Of a DNA stretch of 64,000 nucleotides, positions 1 to 13,056 are shown piece by piece. This DNA comes from Escherichia coli (GTDB taxonomy: Bacteria; Pseudomonadota; Gammaproteobacteria; Enterobacterales; Enterobacteriaceae): the NCBI RefSeq assembly GCF_003334335.1, contig NZ_QOWQ01000017.1; one strand, written 5' to 3'. The notes under the pieces are model-generated. The model worked only from the letters and a program-made list of their open reading frames with translations. It searched no databases and was not told where the DNA came from. The position numbers and the translations under genes are program-made. Each line of letters opens with the position of its first letter. Position 1 is the stretch's first letter.

Positions 1-1072
1 TTGCCCGCAGTACAAAGAAGGTATGCTGGATTCCGAAGCGGCTAACTACTGGCTGCCGGTGGATATCTACATTGGTGGTATTGAACACGCCATTATGCAC
101 CTGCTCTACTTCCGCTTCTTCCACAAACTGATGCGTGATGCAGGCATGGTGAACTCTGACGAACCAGCGAAACAGTTGCTGTGTCAGGGTATGGTGCTGG
201 CAGATGCCTTCTACTATGTTGGCGAAAACGGCGAACGTAACTGGGTTTCCCCGGTTGATGCTATCGTTGAACGTGACGAGAAAGGCCGTATCGTGAAAGC
301 GAAAGATGCGGCAGGCCATGAACTGGTTTATACCGGCATGAGCAAAATGTCCAAGTCGAAGAACAACGGTATCGACCCGCAGGTGATGGTTGAACGTTAC
401 GGCGCGGACACCGTTCGTCTGTTTATGATGTTTGCTTCTCCGGCTGATATGACTCTCGAATGGCAGGAATCCGGTGTGGAAGGGGCTAACCGCTTCCTGA
501 AACGTGTCTGGAAACTGGTTTACGAGCACACAGCAAAAGGTGATGTTGCGGCACTGAACGTTGATGCGCTGACTGAAAATCAGAAAGCGCTGCGTCGCGA
601 TGTGCATAAAACGATCGCTAAAGTGACCGATGATATCGGCCGTCGTCAGACCTTCAACACCGCAATTGCGGCGATTATGGAGCTGATGAACAAACTGGCG
701 AAAGCACCAACCGATGGCGAGCAGGATCGCGCTCTGATGCAGGAAGCACTGCTGGCCGTTGTCCGTATGCTTAACCCGTTCACCCCGCACATCTGCTTCA
801 CGCTGTGGCAGGAACTGAAAGGCGAAGGCGATATCGACAACGCGCCGTGGCCGGTTGCTGACGAAAAAGCGATGGTGGAAGACTCCACGCTGGTCGTGGT
901 GCAGGTTAACGGTAAAGTCCGTGCCAAAATCACCGTTCCGGTGGACGCAACGGAAGAACAGGTTCGCGAACGTGCTGGCCAGGAACATCTGGTAGCAAAA
1001 TATCTTGATGGCGTTACTGTACGTAAAGTGATTTACGTACCAGGTAAACTCCTCAATCTGGTCGTTGGCTAA
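1..1072 (+). CDS. leuS: Leucyl-tRNA synthetase, C-terminal part (5' end lies outside window; reading frame begins at nt 2)
   Basis: Open frame from window edge to stop at 1072; translation ...[28 protein letters not shown]... matches LeuS C-terminal region. Confidence 0.93.
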
Positions 1073-1086
1073 GCGCGGGAGGAAGC

Positions 1087-1668
1087 GTGCGATATCTGGC
1101 AACATTGTTGTTATCTCTGGCGGTGTTAATCACCGCCGGGTGTGGCTGGCATCTGCGTGATACCACGCAGGTTCCTTCCACTATGAAGGTCATGATCCTG
1201 GACTCAGGCGATCCGAACGGGCCATTAAGCCGTGCGGTGCGTAACCAGTTACGTCTGAATGGTGTCGAGTTGCTTGATAAAGAAACCACGCGTAAGGACG
1301 TTCCATCCTTGCGTTTGGGTAAAGTGAGCATCGCGAAAGATACCGCATCGGTATTCCGTAACGGTCAAACAGCAGAGTATCAGATGATCATGACGGTTAA
1401 TGCGACCGTGTTGATCCCCGGCCGTGATATCTACCCGATTAGCGCCAAAGTCTTCCGTTCGTTCTTCGATAACCCGCAAATGGCGTTAGCGAAAGATAAC
1501 GAACAAGACATGATCGTAAAAGAGATGTACGACCGTGCTGCCGAACAGCTGATTCGTAAGCTGCCAAGCATCCGTGCTGCGGATATTCGTTCCGACGAAG
1601 AACAGACGTCGACCACAACGGATACTCCGGCAACGCCTGCACGCGTCTCCACCACGCTGGGTAACTGA
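1087..1668 (+). CDS. lptE: LPS assembly lipoprotein LptE (RlpB)
   Basis: 193-aa ORF, GTG start, lipoprotein signal ending ...ITAGC; recognised sequence. Confidence 0.92.
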
Positions 1669-2699
1669 TGATTCGGTTGTACCCGGAACAACTCCGCGCG
1701 CAGCTCAATGAAGGGCTGCGCGCGGCGTATCTTTTACTTGGTAACGATCCTCTGTTATTGCAGGAAAGCCAGGACGCTGTTCGTCAGGTAGCTGCGGCAC
1801 AAGGATTCGAAGAACACCACACTTTTTCCATTGATCCCAACACTGACTGGAATGCGATCTTTTCGTTATGCCAGGCTATGAGTCTGTTTGCCAGTCGACA
1901 AACGCTATTGCTGTTGTTACCAGAAAACGGACCGAATGCGGCGATCAATGAGCAACTTCTCACACTCACCGGACTTCTGCATGACGACCTGCTGTTGATC
2001 GTCCGCGGTAATAAATTAAGCAAAGCGCAAGAAAATGCCGCCTGGTTTACTGCGCTTGCGAATCGCAGCGTGCAGGTGACCTGTCAGACACCGGAGCAGG
2101 CTCAGCTTCCCCGCTGGGTTGCTGCGCGCGCAAAACAGCTCAACTTAGAACTGGATGACGCGGCAAATCAGGTGCTCTGCTACTGTTATGAAGGTAACCT
2201 GCTGGCGCTGGCTCAGGCACTGGAGCGTTTATCGCTGCTCTGGCCAGACGGCAAATTGACATTACCGCGCGTTGAACAGGCGGTGAATGATGCCGCGCAT
2301 TTCACCCCTTTTCATTGGGTTGATGCTTTGTTGATGGGAAAAAGTAAGCGCGCATTGCATATTCTTCAGCAACTGCGTCTGGAAGGCAGCGAACCGGTTA
2401 TTTTGTTGCGCACATTACAACGTGAACTGTTGTTACTGGTTAACCTGAAACGCCAGTCTGCCCATACGCCACTGCGTGCGTTGTTTGATAAGCATCGGGT
2501 ATGGCAGAACCGCCGGGGCATGATGGGCGAGGCGTTAAATCGCTTAAGTCAGACGCAGTTACGTCAGGCCGTGCAACTCCTGACACGAACGGAACTCACC
2601 CTCAAACAAGATTACGGTCAGTCAGTGTGGGCAGAGCTGGAAGGGTTATCTCTTCTGTTGTGCCATAAACCCCTGGCGGACGTATTTATCGACGGTTGA
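1668..2699 (+). CDS. holA: DNA polymerase III delta subunit
   Basis: 343-aa [16 protein letters not shown]...; start overlaps lptE stop by 1 nt. Confidence 0.93.
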
Positions 2700-2700
2700 T

Positions 2701-3342
2701 ATGAAATCTTTACAGGCTCTGTTTGGCGGCACCTTTGATCCGGTGCACTATGGTCATCTAAAACCCGTGGAAACGCTGGCGAATTTGATTGGTCTGACGC
2801 GGGTCACAATCATCCCTAATAATGTTCCTCCGCATCGTCCCCAGCCGGAAGCGAACAGCGTGCAGCGTAAACACATGCTTGAACTGGCGATTGCCGACAA
2901 GCCATTATTTACTCTTGATGAACGCGAGCTAAAGCGCAATGCCCCCTCTTACACTGCGCAAACACTGAAAGAGTGGCGGCAGGAACAAGGACCGGACGTG
3001 CCGCTGGCGTTTATTATTGGTCAGGATTCACTGCTGACCTTTCCGACCTGGTACGAATACGAAACGATACTCGACAATGCACATTTGATCGTCTGTCGGC
3101 GTCCAGGTTACCCACTTGAAATGGCGCAACCGCAATACCAGCAATGGCTGGAAGATCATTTGACACATAACCCGGAAGATCTTCACCTTCAGCCTGCCGG
3201 TAAAATTTATCTGGCTGAAACGCCGTGGTTTAACATCTCGGCGACCATCATCCGCGAACGTTTGCAAAACGGTGAATCATGTGAGGATTTATTGCCGGAA
3301 CCGGTACTGACTTACATTAACCAACAAGGCTTGTATCGCTGA
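2701..3342 (+). CDS. nadD: Nicotinate-nucleotide adenylyltransferase
   Basis: 213-aa ORF with [11 protein letters not shown] nucleotidyltransferase motif. Confidence 0.93.
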
Positions 3343-3365
3343 TACCTGTCGTTACGGAGGGCATG

Positions 3366-3977
3366 ATGCGACTGTGGTTAATTCGTCATGGTGAAACGCA
3401 AGCGAATATCGATGGTCTTTACAGCGGTCATGCGCCCACCCCCCTGACCGCGCGCGGTATTGAGCAAGCGCAAAATCTGCATACGCTGCTACATGGTGTT
3501 TCCTTTGATCTGGTTTTATGCAGTGAACTGGAACGGGCACAGCATACCGCGCGACTGGTTCTCAGTGACCGCCAGCTCCCCGTGCAAATCATACCTGAAC
3601 TCAACGAAATGTTTTTTGGCGACTGGGAGATGCGACATCATCGCGACCTCATGCAAGAAGATGCCGAAAACTATAGCGCGTGGTGCAATGACTGGCAGCA
3701 TGCAATCCCCACGAACGGTGAAGGATTTCAGGCATTTTCGCAACGTGTGGAACGCTTTATCGCAAGGCTTAGTGAATTTCAGCACTATCAGAATATTTTA
3801 GTCGTCAGCCATCAGGGTGTACTGAGTCTGTTAATCGCCCGTTTAATTGGCATGCCTGCCGAGGCTATGTGGCATTTTCGCGTTGACCAGGGGTGTTGGA
3901 GCGCCATTGATATCAACCAAAAATTCGCGACGCTACGCGTCCTCAATAGCCGTGCCATCGGGGTCGAGAATGCATGA
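3366..3977 (+). CDS. cobC: Alpha-ribazole phosphatase / phosphoglycerate-mutase family phosphatase
   Basis: ORF 3363..3977; RHGET histidine-phosphatase motif; second ATG chosen to give 203 aa. Confidence 0.88.
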   Translation: MRLWLIRHGETQANIDGLYSGHAPTPLTARGIEQAQNLHTLLHGVSFDLVLCSELERAQHTARLVLSDRQLPVQIIPELNEMFFGDWEMRHHRDLMQEDAENYSAWCNDWQHAIPTNGEGFQAFSQRVERFIARLSEFQHYQNILVVSHQGVLSLLIARLIGMPAEAMWHFRVDQGCWSAIDINQKFATLRVLNSRAIGVENA

Positions 3978-4218
3978 CTTTTCTGTTTTTTTACGGGTAA
4001 GCCGCAACGACCATTGACAGACCCGGGCAGGCTGATATTCTCCGCAGCCAGACTTTTTCCGCCAGACACGACTTTGTAGAAATTGTTTTACAAAAATGGC
4101 GATGCAATCTGCGGCGCGGGGTGGGATGATAGCCCACTTTCGAAAGCCGATTCGGCGACAATTGTCCCGAAATCGCCTCTGGTTCAGGTATACTGACAGA
4201 CCATTTTTATCTATTTGA

Positions 4219-4554
<336 letters not shown>

Positions 4555-4557
4555 TGC

Positions 4558-5025
4558 GTGAAGCTGCAACTTGTCGCCGTGGGAACGAAAATGCCGGACT
4601 GGGTACAAACCGGTTTTACCGAGTACCTGCGTCGTTTTCCGAAAGATATGCCCTTCGAGCTGATTGAAATTCCGGCCGGAAAACGCGGCAAGAATGCGGA
4701 CATCAAGCGCATACTCGACAAAGAGGGTGAGCAGATGTTGGCGGCCGCAGGCAAAAACCGCATTGTCACCCTCGATATTCCAGGCAAGCCCTGGGATACG
4801 CCGCAGTTAGCCGCTGAGCTGGAACGCTGGAAGCTGGATGGTCGCGACGTCAGTCTACTGATTGGCGGGCCTGAAGGGTTGTCGCCTGCCTGTAAAGCGG
4901 CGGCTGAGCAGAGCTGGTCGCTGTCGGCGCTTACCCTCCCCCATCCGCTGGTTCGCGTGCTGGTCGCAGAGAGTCTGTACCGGGCGTGGAGCATCACCAC
5001 CAACCATCCTTATCACCGTGAGTGA
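4558..5025 (+). CDS. rlmH: 23S rRNA (pseudouridine1915-N3)-methyltransferase RlmH
   Basis: 155-aa ORF, GTG start 4 nt after rsfS stop. Confidence 0.92.
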
Positions 5026-5055
5026 TAAGGGAGCTTTGAGTAGAAAACGCAGCGG

Positions 5056-6957
5056 ATGAAACTACAGAACTCTTTTCGCGACTATACGGCAGAGTCCGCG
5101 CTGTTTGTGCGCCGGGCGCTGGTCGCCTTTTTGGGGATTTTGCTGCTGACCGGCGTGCTTATCGCCAACCTGTATAATCTGCAAATTGTTCGCTTTACCG
5201 ACTACCAGACCCGCTCTAATGAAAACCGCATTAAGCTGGTGCCTATCGCGCCCAGCCGCGGCATTATCTACGATCGTAACGGTATCCCTCTGGCCCTCAA
5301 CCGCACTATCTACCAGATAGAAATGATGCCGGAGAAAGTCGATAACGTGCAGCAAACGCTGGACGCTTTGCGCAGCGTGGTAGATCTGACCGATGACGAT
5401 ATTGCTGCATTCCGAAAAGAGCGCGCACGTTCACACCGTTTCACCTCTATTCCGGTGAAAACTAACCTGACCGAAGTACAAGTAGCTCGCTTTGCCGTCA
5501 ATCAGTACCGTTTTCCGGGTGTCGAAGTTAAAGGCTATAAACGTCGTTACTATCCTTACGGTTCGGCGTTGACCCACGTCATCGGCTATGTGTCGAAAAT
5601 CAACGATAAAGACGTCGAACGCCTGAATAATGACGGCAAACTGGCCAACTATGCGGCAACGCATGATATCGGTAAGCTGGGCATTGAGCGTTACTATGAA
5701 GATGTGCTGCACGGTCAGACCGGTTATGAAGAGGTTGAAGTTAACAACCGTGGGCGTGTTATTCGCCAGTTAAAAGAAGTACCACCGCAAGCCGGACACG
5801 ATATTTACCTGACGCTGGATCTCAAACTCCAGCAATATATTGAAACGCTGCTGGCGGGTAGCCGCGCAGCTGTGGTAGTCACCGATCCGCGTACAGGTGG
5901 GGTGCTGGCGCTGGTTTCCACGCCTAGTTATGACCCAAACTTGTTTGTTGACGGTATCTCCAGCAAAGATTATTCCGCCTTGTTGAACGATCCGAATACA
6001 CCGCTGGTGAACCGCGCCACACAGGGGGTTTATCCTCCCGCGTCTACAGTTAAACCCTATGTGGCGGTTTCGGCATTGAGCGCCGGGGTGATCACGCGCA
6101 ATACGACGCTGTTTGACCCAGGCTGGTGGCAACTGCCAGGTTCGGAAAAACGTTATCGTGACTGGAAAAAATGGGGCCACGGGCGTCTGAATGTCACAAG
6201 ATCGCTGGAAGAATCTGCGGATACCTTCTTCTATCAGGTGGCCTACGATATGGGGATCGATCGCCTCTCCGAATGGATGGGTAAATTCGGTTATGGTCAT
6301 TACACCGGTATCGACCTGGCGGAAGAACGTTCCGGCAACATGCCTACCCGCGAATGGAAACAGAAACGCTTTAAAAAACCGTGGTATCAGGGTGACACCA
6401 TTCCGGTTGGTATCGGTCAGGGTTACTGGACAGCGACCCCAATCCAGATGAGTAAGGCACTGATGATCCTGATTAATGACGGTATCGTGAAGGTTCCTCA
6501 TTTGCTGATGAGCACCGCCGAAGACGGCAAACAGGTGCCATGGGTACAGCCGCATGAACCGCCCGTCGGCGATATTCATTCCGGTTACTGGGAGCTGGCG
6601 AAAGACGGTATGTACGGTGTTGCTAACCGCCCTAACGGTACGGCGCATAAATACTTTGCTAGCGCACCGTACAAAATTGCGGCGAAATCCGGTACCGCTC
6701 AGGTCTTCGGTCTGAAAGCGAACGAAACCTATAATGCGCACAAAATTGCCGAGCGTTTACGTGACCACAAACTGATGACCGCCTTTGCGCCATACAACAA
6801 TCCGCAAGTGGCTGTCGCCATGATTCTGGAGAACGGTGGTGCGGGTCCGGCGGTTGGTACACTGATGCGCCAGATCCTCGACCACATTATGCTGGGTGAT
6901 AACAACACCGATCTGCCTGCGGAAAATCCAGCGGTTGCCGCAGCGGAGGACCATTAA
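5056..6957 (+). CDS. mrdA: Penicillin-binding protein 2 (elongasome transpeptidase)
   Basis: 633-aa ORF with N-terminal TM anchor and transpeptidase STVK motif. Confidence 0.95.
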   Translation: MKLQNSFRDYTAESALFVRRALVAFLGILLLTGVLIANLYNLQIVRFTDYQTRSNENRIKLVPIAPSRGIIYDRNGIPLALNRTIYQIEMMPEKVDNVQQTLDALRSVVDLTDDDIAAFRKERARSHRFTSIPVKTNLTEVQVARFAVNQYRFPGVEVKGYKRRYYPYGSALTHVIGYVSKINDKDVERLNNDGKLANYAATHDIGKLGIERYYEDVLHGQTGYEEVEVNNRGRVIRQLKEVPPQAGHDIYLTLDLKLQQYIETLLAGSRAAVVVTDPRTGGVLALVSTPSYDPNLFVDGISSKDYSALLNDPNTPLVNRATQGVYPPASTVKPYVAVSALSAGVITRNTTLFDPGWWQLPGSEKRYRDWKKWGHGRLNVTRSLEESADTFFYQVAYDMGIDRLSEWMGKFGYGHYTGIDLAEERSGNMPTREWKQKRFKKPWYQGDTIPVGIGQGYWTATPIQMSKALMILINDGIVKVPHLLMSTAEDGKQVPWVQPHEPPVGDIHSGYWELAKDGMYGVANRPNGTAHKYFASAPYKIAAKSGTAQVFGLKANETYNAHKIAERLRDHKLMTAFAPYNNPQVAVAMILENGGAGPAVGTLMRQILDHIMLGDNNTDLPAENPAVAAAEDH

Positions 6958-6959
6958 TC

Positions 6960-8072
6960 ATGACGGATAATCCGAATAAAAAAACATTCTGGGATAAAGT
7001 CCATCTCGATCCCACAATGCTGCTGATCTTACTGGCATTGCTGGTTTACAGCGCCCTGGTTATCTGGAGCGCCAGCGGTCAGGATATTGGCATGATGGAG
7101 CGTAAAATCGGCCAAATCGCGATGGGTCTGGTCATCATGGTGGTGATGGCGCAAATTCCTCCACGCGTTTATGAAGGCTGGGCCCCCTATCTCTATATCA
7201 TCTGTATTATTTTGCTGGTGGCGGTAGATGCTTTCGGTGCCATCTCTAAAGGTGCTCAACGCTGGCTGGACCTCGGTATTGTTCGTTTTCAGCCGTCGGA
7301 AATTGCCAAAATAGCCGTACCACTGATGGTTGCGCGCTTTATCAACCGCGACGTTTGCCCGCCATCGTTGAAGAACACTGGCATCGCGCTGGTGCTGATA
7401 TTTATGCCCACGCTGCTGGTGGCTGCACAGCCTGACCTGGGAACATCAATCCTCGTTGCGCTTTCCGGTCTGTTTGTACTGTTCCTCTCTGGCCTTAGCT
7501 GGCGTCTGATTGGCGTCGCAGTAGTGCTGGTAGCGGCGTTCATTCCGATTCTGTGGTTCTTCCTGATGCATGATTACCAGCGCCAGCGCGTAATGATGCT
7601 CCTGGACCCGGAATCAGACCCACTCGGCGCGGGCTATCACATTATTCAGTCTAAAATTGCTATTGGCTCCGGCGGATTACGCGGCAAAGGCTGGCTGCAC
7701 GGCACTCAGTCACAGCTTGAATTTCTCCCCGAACGCCATACTGACTTTATCTTCGCGGTACTGGCGGAAGAGCTGGGATTAGTGGGCATTCTGATTCTGC
7801 TCGCTCTCTACATTCTGCTGATCATGCGCGGGCTGTGGATAGCCGCCAGAGCGCAAACCACCTTTGGTCGCGTCATGGCTGGCGGCTTAATGCTGATATT
7901 ATTCGTTTATGTCTTCGTAAATATTGGTATGGTAAGCGGTATTCTGCCGGTTGTAGGGGTTCCGCTCCCACTGGTCAGTTATGGAGGATCGGCGCTAATT
8001 GTGCTGATGGCTGGGTTCGGGATTGTAATGTCAATCCACACCCACAGGAAAATGTTGTCGAAAAGCGTGTAA
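6960..8072 (+). CDS. mrdB: Peptidoglycan glycosyltransferase RodA (SEDS family)
   Basis: 370-aa polytopic membrane ORF immediately after mrdA. Confidence 0.95.
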   Translation: MTDNPNKKTFWDKVHLDPTMLLILLALLVYSALVIWSASGQDIGMMERKIGQIAMGLVIMVVMAQIPPRVYEGWAPYLYIICIILLVAVDAFGAISKGAQRWLDLGIVRFQPSEIAKIAVPLMVARFINRDVCPPSLKNTGIALVLIFMPTLLVAAQPDLGTSILVALSGLFVLFLSGLSWRLIGVAVVLVAAFIPILWFFLMHDYQRQRVMMLLDPESDPLGAGYHIIQSKIAIGSGGLRGKGWLHGTQSQLEFLPERHTDFIFAVLAEELGLVGILILLALYILLIMRGLWIAARAQTTFGRVMAGGLMLILFVYVFVNIGMVSGILPVVGVPLPLVSYGGSALIVLMAGFGIVMSIHTHRKMLSKSV

Positions 8073-8082
8073 GAGGTGCGCA

Positions 8083-9171
8083 ATGCGTAAGCAGTGGCTC
8101 GGGATCTGCATCGCGGCAGGAATGCTCGCGGCATGTACAAGCGATGATGGTCAGCAACAGACGGTAAGTGTACCGCAGCCTGCGGTATGTAACGGCCCTA
8201 TAGTTGAAATTAGCGGGGCGGACCCGCGTTTCGAACCACTGAACGCGACGGCAAATCAGGATTACCAGCGCGACGGTAAAAGCTACAAAATCGTGCAGGA
8301 TCCGTCTCGATTTAGCCAGGCGGGACTGGCGGCAATCTATGATGCCGAACCCGGCAGTAACCTGACGGCCTCTGGCGAAGCATTCGATCCGACACAGCTG
8401 ACGGCAGCCCATCCAACGCTTCCGATCCCCAGCTACGCCAGAATCACTAACCTGGCTAACGGGCGAATGATCGTGGTGCGCATTAATGATCGCGGCCCTT
8501 ACGGCAACGACCGCGTTATTTCACTTTCTCGCGCGGCAGCTGACCGTCTTAACACGTCAAACAACACCAAAGTTCGTATCGATCCGATTATTGTTGCCCA
8601 GGATGGTTCGCTTTCTGGTCCTGGTATGGCTTGTACCACAGTCGCCAAACAGACTTACGCCCTGCCTGCACCTCCCGATTTAAGCGGTGGCGCGGGAACA
8701 AGTTCAGTGTCTGGCCCGCAGGGTGACATTCTTCCGGTCAGTAATTCGACGCTAAAAAGCGAAGATCCGACCGGCGCGCCGGTAACCAGTAGCGGTTTCC
8801 TCGGCGCACCAACGACCTTAGCGCCTGGTGTACTGGAAGGCAGCGAACCGACGCCTGCGCCACAGCCCGTTGTTACAGCTCCGTCGACAACGCCTGCAAC
8901 CTCGCCTGCAATGGTGACACCGCAAGCCGTCTCGCAAAGCGCCAGCGGCAACTTTATGGTGCAAGTCGGGGCCGTAAGCGATCAGGCTCGTGCGCAACAG
9001 TACCAACAGCAACTGGGACAGAAGTTCGGCGTCCCCGGTCGCGTAACTCAAAATGGCGCGGTCTGGCGGATCCAGCTTGGCCCATTCGCCAGCAAAGCCG
9101 AAGCCAGTACCTTGCAGCAACGTTTGCAAACCGAAGCCCAATTACAGTCATTTATTACTACCGCGCAGTAG
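8083..9171 (+). CDS. rlpA: Rare lipoprotein A (lytic transglycosylase-like, C-terminal SPOR domain)
   Basis: 362-aa ORF, lipobox LAAC, Pro/Thr/Ser-rich linker. Confidence 0.93.
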   Translation: MRKQWLGICIAAGMLAACTSDDGQQQTVSVPQPAVCNGPIVEISGADPRFEPLNATANQDYQRDGKSYKIVQDPSRFSQAGLAAIYDAEPGSNLTASGEAFDPTQLTAAHPTLPIPSYARITNLANGRMIVVRINDRGPYGNDRVISLSRAAADRLNTSNNTKVRIDPIIVAQDGSLSGPGMACTTVAKQTYALPAPPDLSGGAGTSSVSGPQGDILPVSNSTLKSEDPTGAPVTSSGFLGAPTTLAPGVLEGSEPTPAPQPVVTAPSTTPATSPAMVTPQAVSQSASGNFMVQVGAVSDQARAQQYQQQLGQKFGVPGRVTQNGAVWRIQLGPFASKAEASTLQQRLQTEAQLQSFITTAQ

Positions 9172-9309
9172 CGTAAAGCAGGCATCTGATGTGTCAATTT
9201 CTGTAAATGACGTTAACAAAGTCACGCGGAAAGTCAGATGCCTGCCGGTAGTGCATTTGCTATAGTAGGGCACTTTTTTAATTCCATCACGGATGTCGTA
9301 GTTCAGACC

Positions 9310-10521
9310 ATGAATACCATTTTTTCCGCTCGTATCATGAAGCGCCTGGCGCTCACCACGGCTCTTTGCACAGCCTTTATCTCTGCTGCACATGCCGATG
9401 ACCTGAATATCAAAACTATGATCCCGGGTGTACCGCAGATCGATGCGGAGTCCTACATCCTGATTGACTATAACTCCGGCAAAGTGCTCGCCGAACAGAA
9501 CGCAGATGTCCGCCGCGATCCTGCCAGCCTGACCAAAATGATGACCAGTTACGTTATCGGCCAGGCAATGAAAGCCGGTAAATTTAAAGAAACTGATTTA
9601 GTCACTATCGGCAACGACGCATGGGCCACCGGTAACCCGGTGTTTAAAGGTTCTTCGCTGATGTTCCTCAAACCGGGCATGCAGGTTCCGGTTTCTCAGC
9701 TGATCCGCGGTATTAACCTGCAATCGGGTAACGATGCTTGTGTCGCCATGGCCGATTTTGCCGCTGGTAGCCAGGACGCTTTTGTTGGCTTGATGAACAG
9801 CTACGTTAACGCACTGGGCCTGAAAAATACCCACTTCCAGACGGTACATGGTCTGGATGCTGATGGTCAGTACAGCTCCGCGCGAGATATGGCGCTGATC
9901 GGCCAGGCATTGATCCGTGACGTACCGAATGAATACTCGATCTATAAAGAAAAAGAATTTACGTTTAACGGTATTCGCCAGCTGAACCGTAACGGCCTGT
10001 TATGGGATAACAGCCTGAATGTCGACGGCATCAAAACCGGACACACTGACAAAGCAGGTTACAACCTTGTTGCTTCTGCGACTGAAGGCCAGATGCGCTT
10101 GATTTCTGCGGTAATGGGCGGACGTACTTTTAAAGGCCGTGAAGCCGAAAGTAAAAAACTGCTAACCTGGGGCTTCCGTTTCTTTGAAACCGTTAACCCA
10201 CTGAAAGTAGGTAAAGAGTTCGCCTCTGAACCGGTTTGGTTTGGTGATTCTGATCGCGCTTCGTTAGGGGTTGATAAAGACGTGTACCTGACCATTCCGC
10301 GTGGTCGCATGAAAGATCTGAAAGCCAGCTATGTGCTGAACAGCAGTGAATTGCATGCGCCGCTGCAAAAGAATCAGGTCGTCGGAACTATCAACTTCCA
10401 GCTTGATGGCAAAACGATCGAGCAACGCCCGCTGGTTGTGTTGCAAGAAATCCCGGAAGGTAACTTCTTCGGCAAAATCATTGATTACATTAAATTAATG
10501 TTCCATCACTGGTTTGGTTAA
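9310..10521 (+). CDS. dacA: D-alanyl-D-alanine carboxypeptidase PBP5
   Basis: ORF 9238..10521; internal ATG at 9310 gives 403 aa with signal peptide [20 protein letters not shown]... and SLTK active-site motif. Confidence 0.93.
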
Positions 10522-10630
10522 AAATTAAACACTTGAAAGTGTAATTTCCGTCCCCATATACTAAGCATCAGTAAAAAACTCCCGCCTTCTGGCGGGAGTT
10601 GCTATTTAATTACGTTACGCCGGAGCTGAC

Positions 10631-10894
10631 ATGAAAACCAAACTTAACGAACTGCTTGAATTCCCTACTCCTTTTACTTACAAAGTTATGGGGCAGGCGT
10701 TACCTGAGCTGGTTGATCAGGTGGTTGAAGTGGTACAGCGCCATGCGCCAGGTGACTACACCCCAACGGTAAAACCAAGCAGCAAAGGCAACTACCACTC
10801 GGTATCTATCACTATCAACGCCACTCATATCGAGCAGGTTGAAACACTGTATGAAGAACTGGGCAAAATCGATATTGTCCGCATGGTTCTGTAA
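10631..10894 (+). CDS. ybeD: UPF0250 protein YbeD
   Basis: 87-aa ORF upstream of lipB, recognised sequence. Confidence 0.9.
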
Positions 10895-10994
10895 CTCGCT
10901 TCTCCGTTACCCGGCTCCTGGTCGGGTAACTCCCCTCTCCTCGCTGTGATATACTTTTCCCCCACTTTTACTCATTCTCCACGGAGATGCCGTT

Positions 10995-11636
10995 TTGTAT
11001 CAGGATAAAATTCTTGTCCGCCAGCTCGGTCTTCAGCCTTACGAGCCAATCTCCCAGGCTATGCATGAATTCACCGATACCCGCGATGATAGTACCCTTG
11101 ATGAAATCTGGCTGGTCGAGCACTATCCGGTATTCACCCAAGGTCAGGCAGGAAAAGCGGAGCACATTTTAATGCCGGGTGATATTCCGGTGATCCAGAG
11201 CGATCGCGGTGGGCAGGTGACTTATCACGGGCCGGGGCAACAGGTGATGTATGTGTTGCTTAACCTGAAACGCCGTAAACTCGGTGTGCGTGAACTGGTG
11301 ACCTTGCTTGAGCAAACAGTGGTGAATACCCTGGCTGAACTGGGTATAGAAGCGCATCCTCGGGCTGACGCGCCAGGTGTCTATGTTGGGGAAAAGAAAA
11401 TTTGCTCACTGGGTTTACGTATTCGACGCGGTTGTTCATTCCACGGTCTGGCATTAAACGTCAATATGGATCTTTCACCATTTTTACGTATTAATCCTTG
11501 TGGGTATGCCGGAATGGAAATGGCTAAAATATCACAATGGAAACCCGAAGCGACGACTAATAATATTGCTCCACGTTTACTGGAAAATATTTTAGCGCTA
11601 CTAAACAATCCGGACTTCGAATATATTACCGCTTAA
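10995..11636 (+). CDS. lipB: Octanoyltransferase LipB
   Basis: 213-aa ORF with TTG start. Confidence 0.92.
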
Positions 11637-11894
11637 TTCCATACATCAATGGCCCAATTTACACTGGGTCATTACTCATAATATCTGCTAATGCTTTACA
11701 TCTCCTTCGCGTTTGTATATTTTCTTTATCACTTGCAGAAATGCGGTGCCACGCCTTGCTCCGTAACTCACCCCATTGATTAACCTATTGAAATAGTTGA
11801 TTATGGTGAGCAAAAGCGTTCCGTTCCAATTAGACATAAGATTATTGTAATTTTTTAAATATTATTTTTCCATGAATAAAATTGGAGTAAGTGC

Positions 11895-12848
11895 GTGGAT
11901 AGTAATAATCAAATTGAACCCTGTTTAAGCAGAAAGTCGTCAGAAGGTAAACCACAAATATTTACAACCTTACGAAATATTGATCTTAACCTTCTGACTA
12001 TTTTTGAAGCTGTATATGTACATAAAGGGATCGTTAATGCAGCGAAAGTGCTTAATCTGCCCCCCTCGGCAATCAGTCAGTCTATTCAGAAACTGCGCGT
12101 TATATTCCCTGACCCATTGTTTATTCGCAAAGGCCAGGGTGTCACTCCTACCGCATTTGCGATGCATCTACATGAGTATATCAGTCAGGGCCTTGAGTCC
12201 ATTCTTGGCGCGCTGGATATCGAAGGAAGCTATGATAAGCAACGAACGATAACTATTGCGACCACTCCCTCGGTCGGAGCACTGGTCCTTCCTGTCATCT
12301 ATCGGGCGATTAAAACTCACTATCCGCAGCTTTTACTGCGCAACCCGCCCATCAGCGACGCGGAAAACCAACTCAGTCAGTTTCAAACCGATCTCATCAT
12401 CGATAACATGTTTTGCACCAATCGTACGGTGCAACATCATGTTCTGTTCACCGACAATATGGTGTTAATTTGCCGCGAGGGAAATCCACTACTCTCTTTA
12501 GAAGATGACAGAGAGACTATCGACAACGCTGCGCATGTACTTCTGTTACCGGAAGAGCAAAATTTCAGCGGTCTGCGGCAGAGAGTTCAAGAAATGTTTC
12601 CGGACCGGCAAATCAATTTCACCAGCTACAACATTTTGACAATCGCTGCACTGGTTGCCAACAGTGACATGTTAGCGATTATTCCCAGCCGTTTTTATAA
12701 CCTGTTTAGCCGCTGCTGGCCGCTGGAAAAACTGCCTTTTCCGTCCTTAAATGAGGAGCAAATAGATTTCTCTATCCACTACAACAAATTCAGCCTGCGT
12801 GATCCCATCCTGCACGGAGTAATAGATGTTATCCGTAATGCATTTTGA
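11895..12848 (+). CDS. ybeF: LysR-family transcriptional regulator YbeF
   Basis: 317-aa ORF, GTG start, N-terminal HTH (LNLLTIFEAVYVHKGIVNAAKVLNLPPSAISQSIQKLR). Confidence 0.88.
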   Translation: MDSNNQIEPCLSRKSSEGKPQIFTTLRNIDLNLLTIFEAVYVHKGIVNAAKVLNLPPSAISQSIQKLRVIFPDPLFIRKGQGVTPTAFAMHLHEYISQGLESILGALDIEGSYDKQRTITIATTPSVGALVLPVIYRAIKTHYPQLLLRNPPISDAENQLSQFQTDLIIDNMFCTNRTVQHHVLFTDNMVLICREGNPLLSLEDDRETIDNAAHVLLLPEEQNFSGLRQRVQEMFPDRQINFTSYNILTIAALVANSDMLAIIPSRFYNLFSRCWPLEKLPFPSLNEEQIDFSIHYNKFSLRDPILHGVIDVIRNAF

Positions 12849-13056
12849 AAAAGTATTGTTACAGCCAGATCACAGCGCAGAACGATAAAATGGCACAATC
12901 CAACAACAATTTTACATTTTCGCGACCGCTTTGGCTGCTTTCAGGTCCGTTTCAATGATATACTGCCAGTCGTTAATTCAAAAATAGTTGATAATTACAA
13001 CAATCTATTGAATTGAAACGCTTTCCTTCGTAATTCGCAACTGGAACACGCACGCT

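Noticed and set aside
5770-6741. 323-aa minus-strand ORF antisense to mrdA
   Set aside because: Lies entirely within the well-supported mrdA coding region on the opposite strand; the translation is low-complexity and Arg/Val/Thr-rich, typical of a shadow ORF in GC-rich coding sequence.
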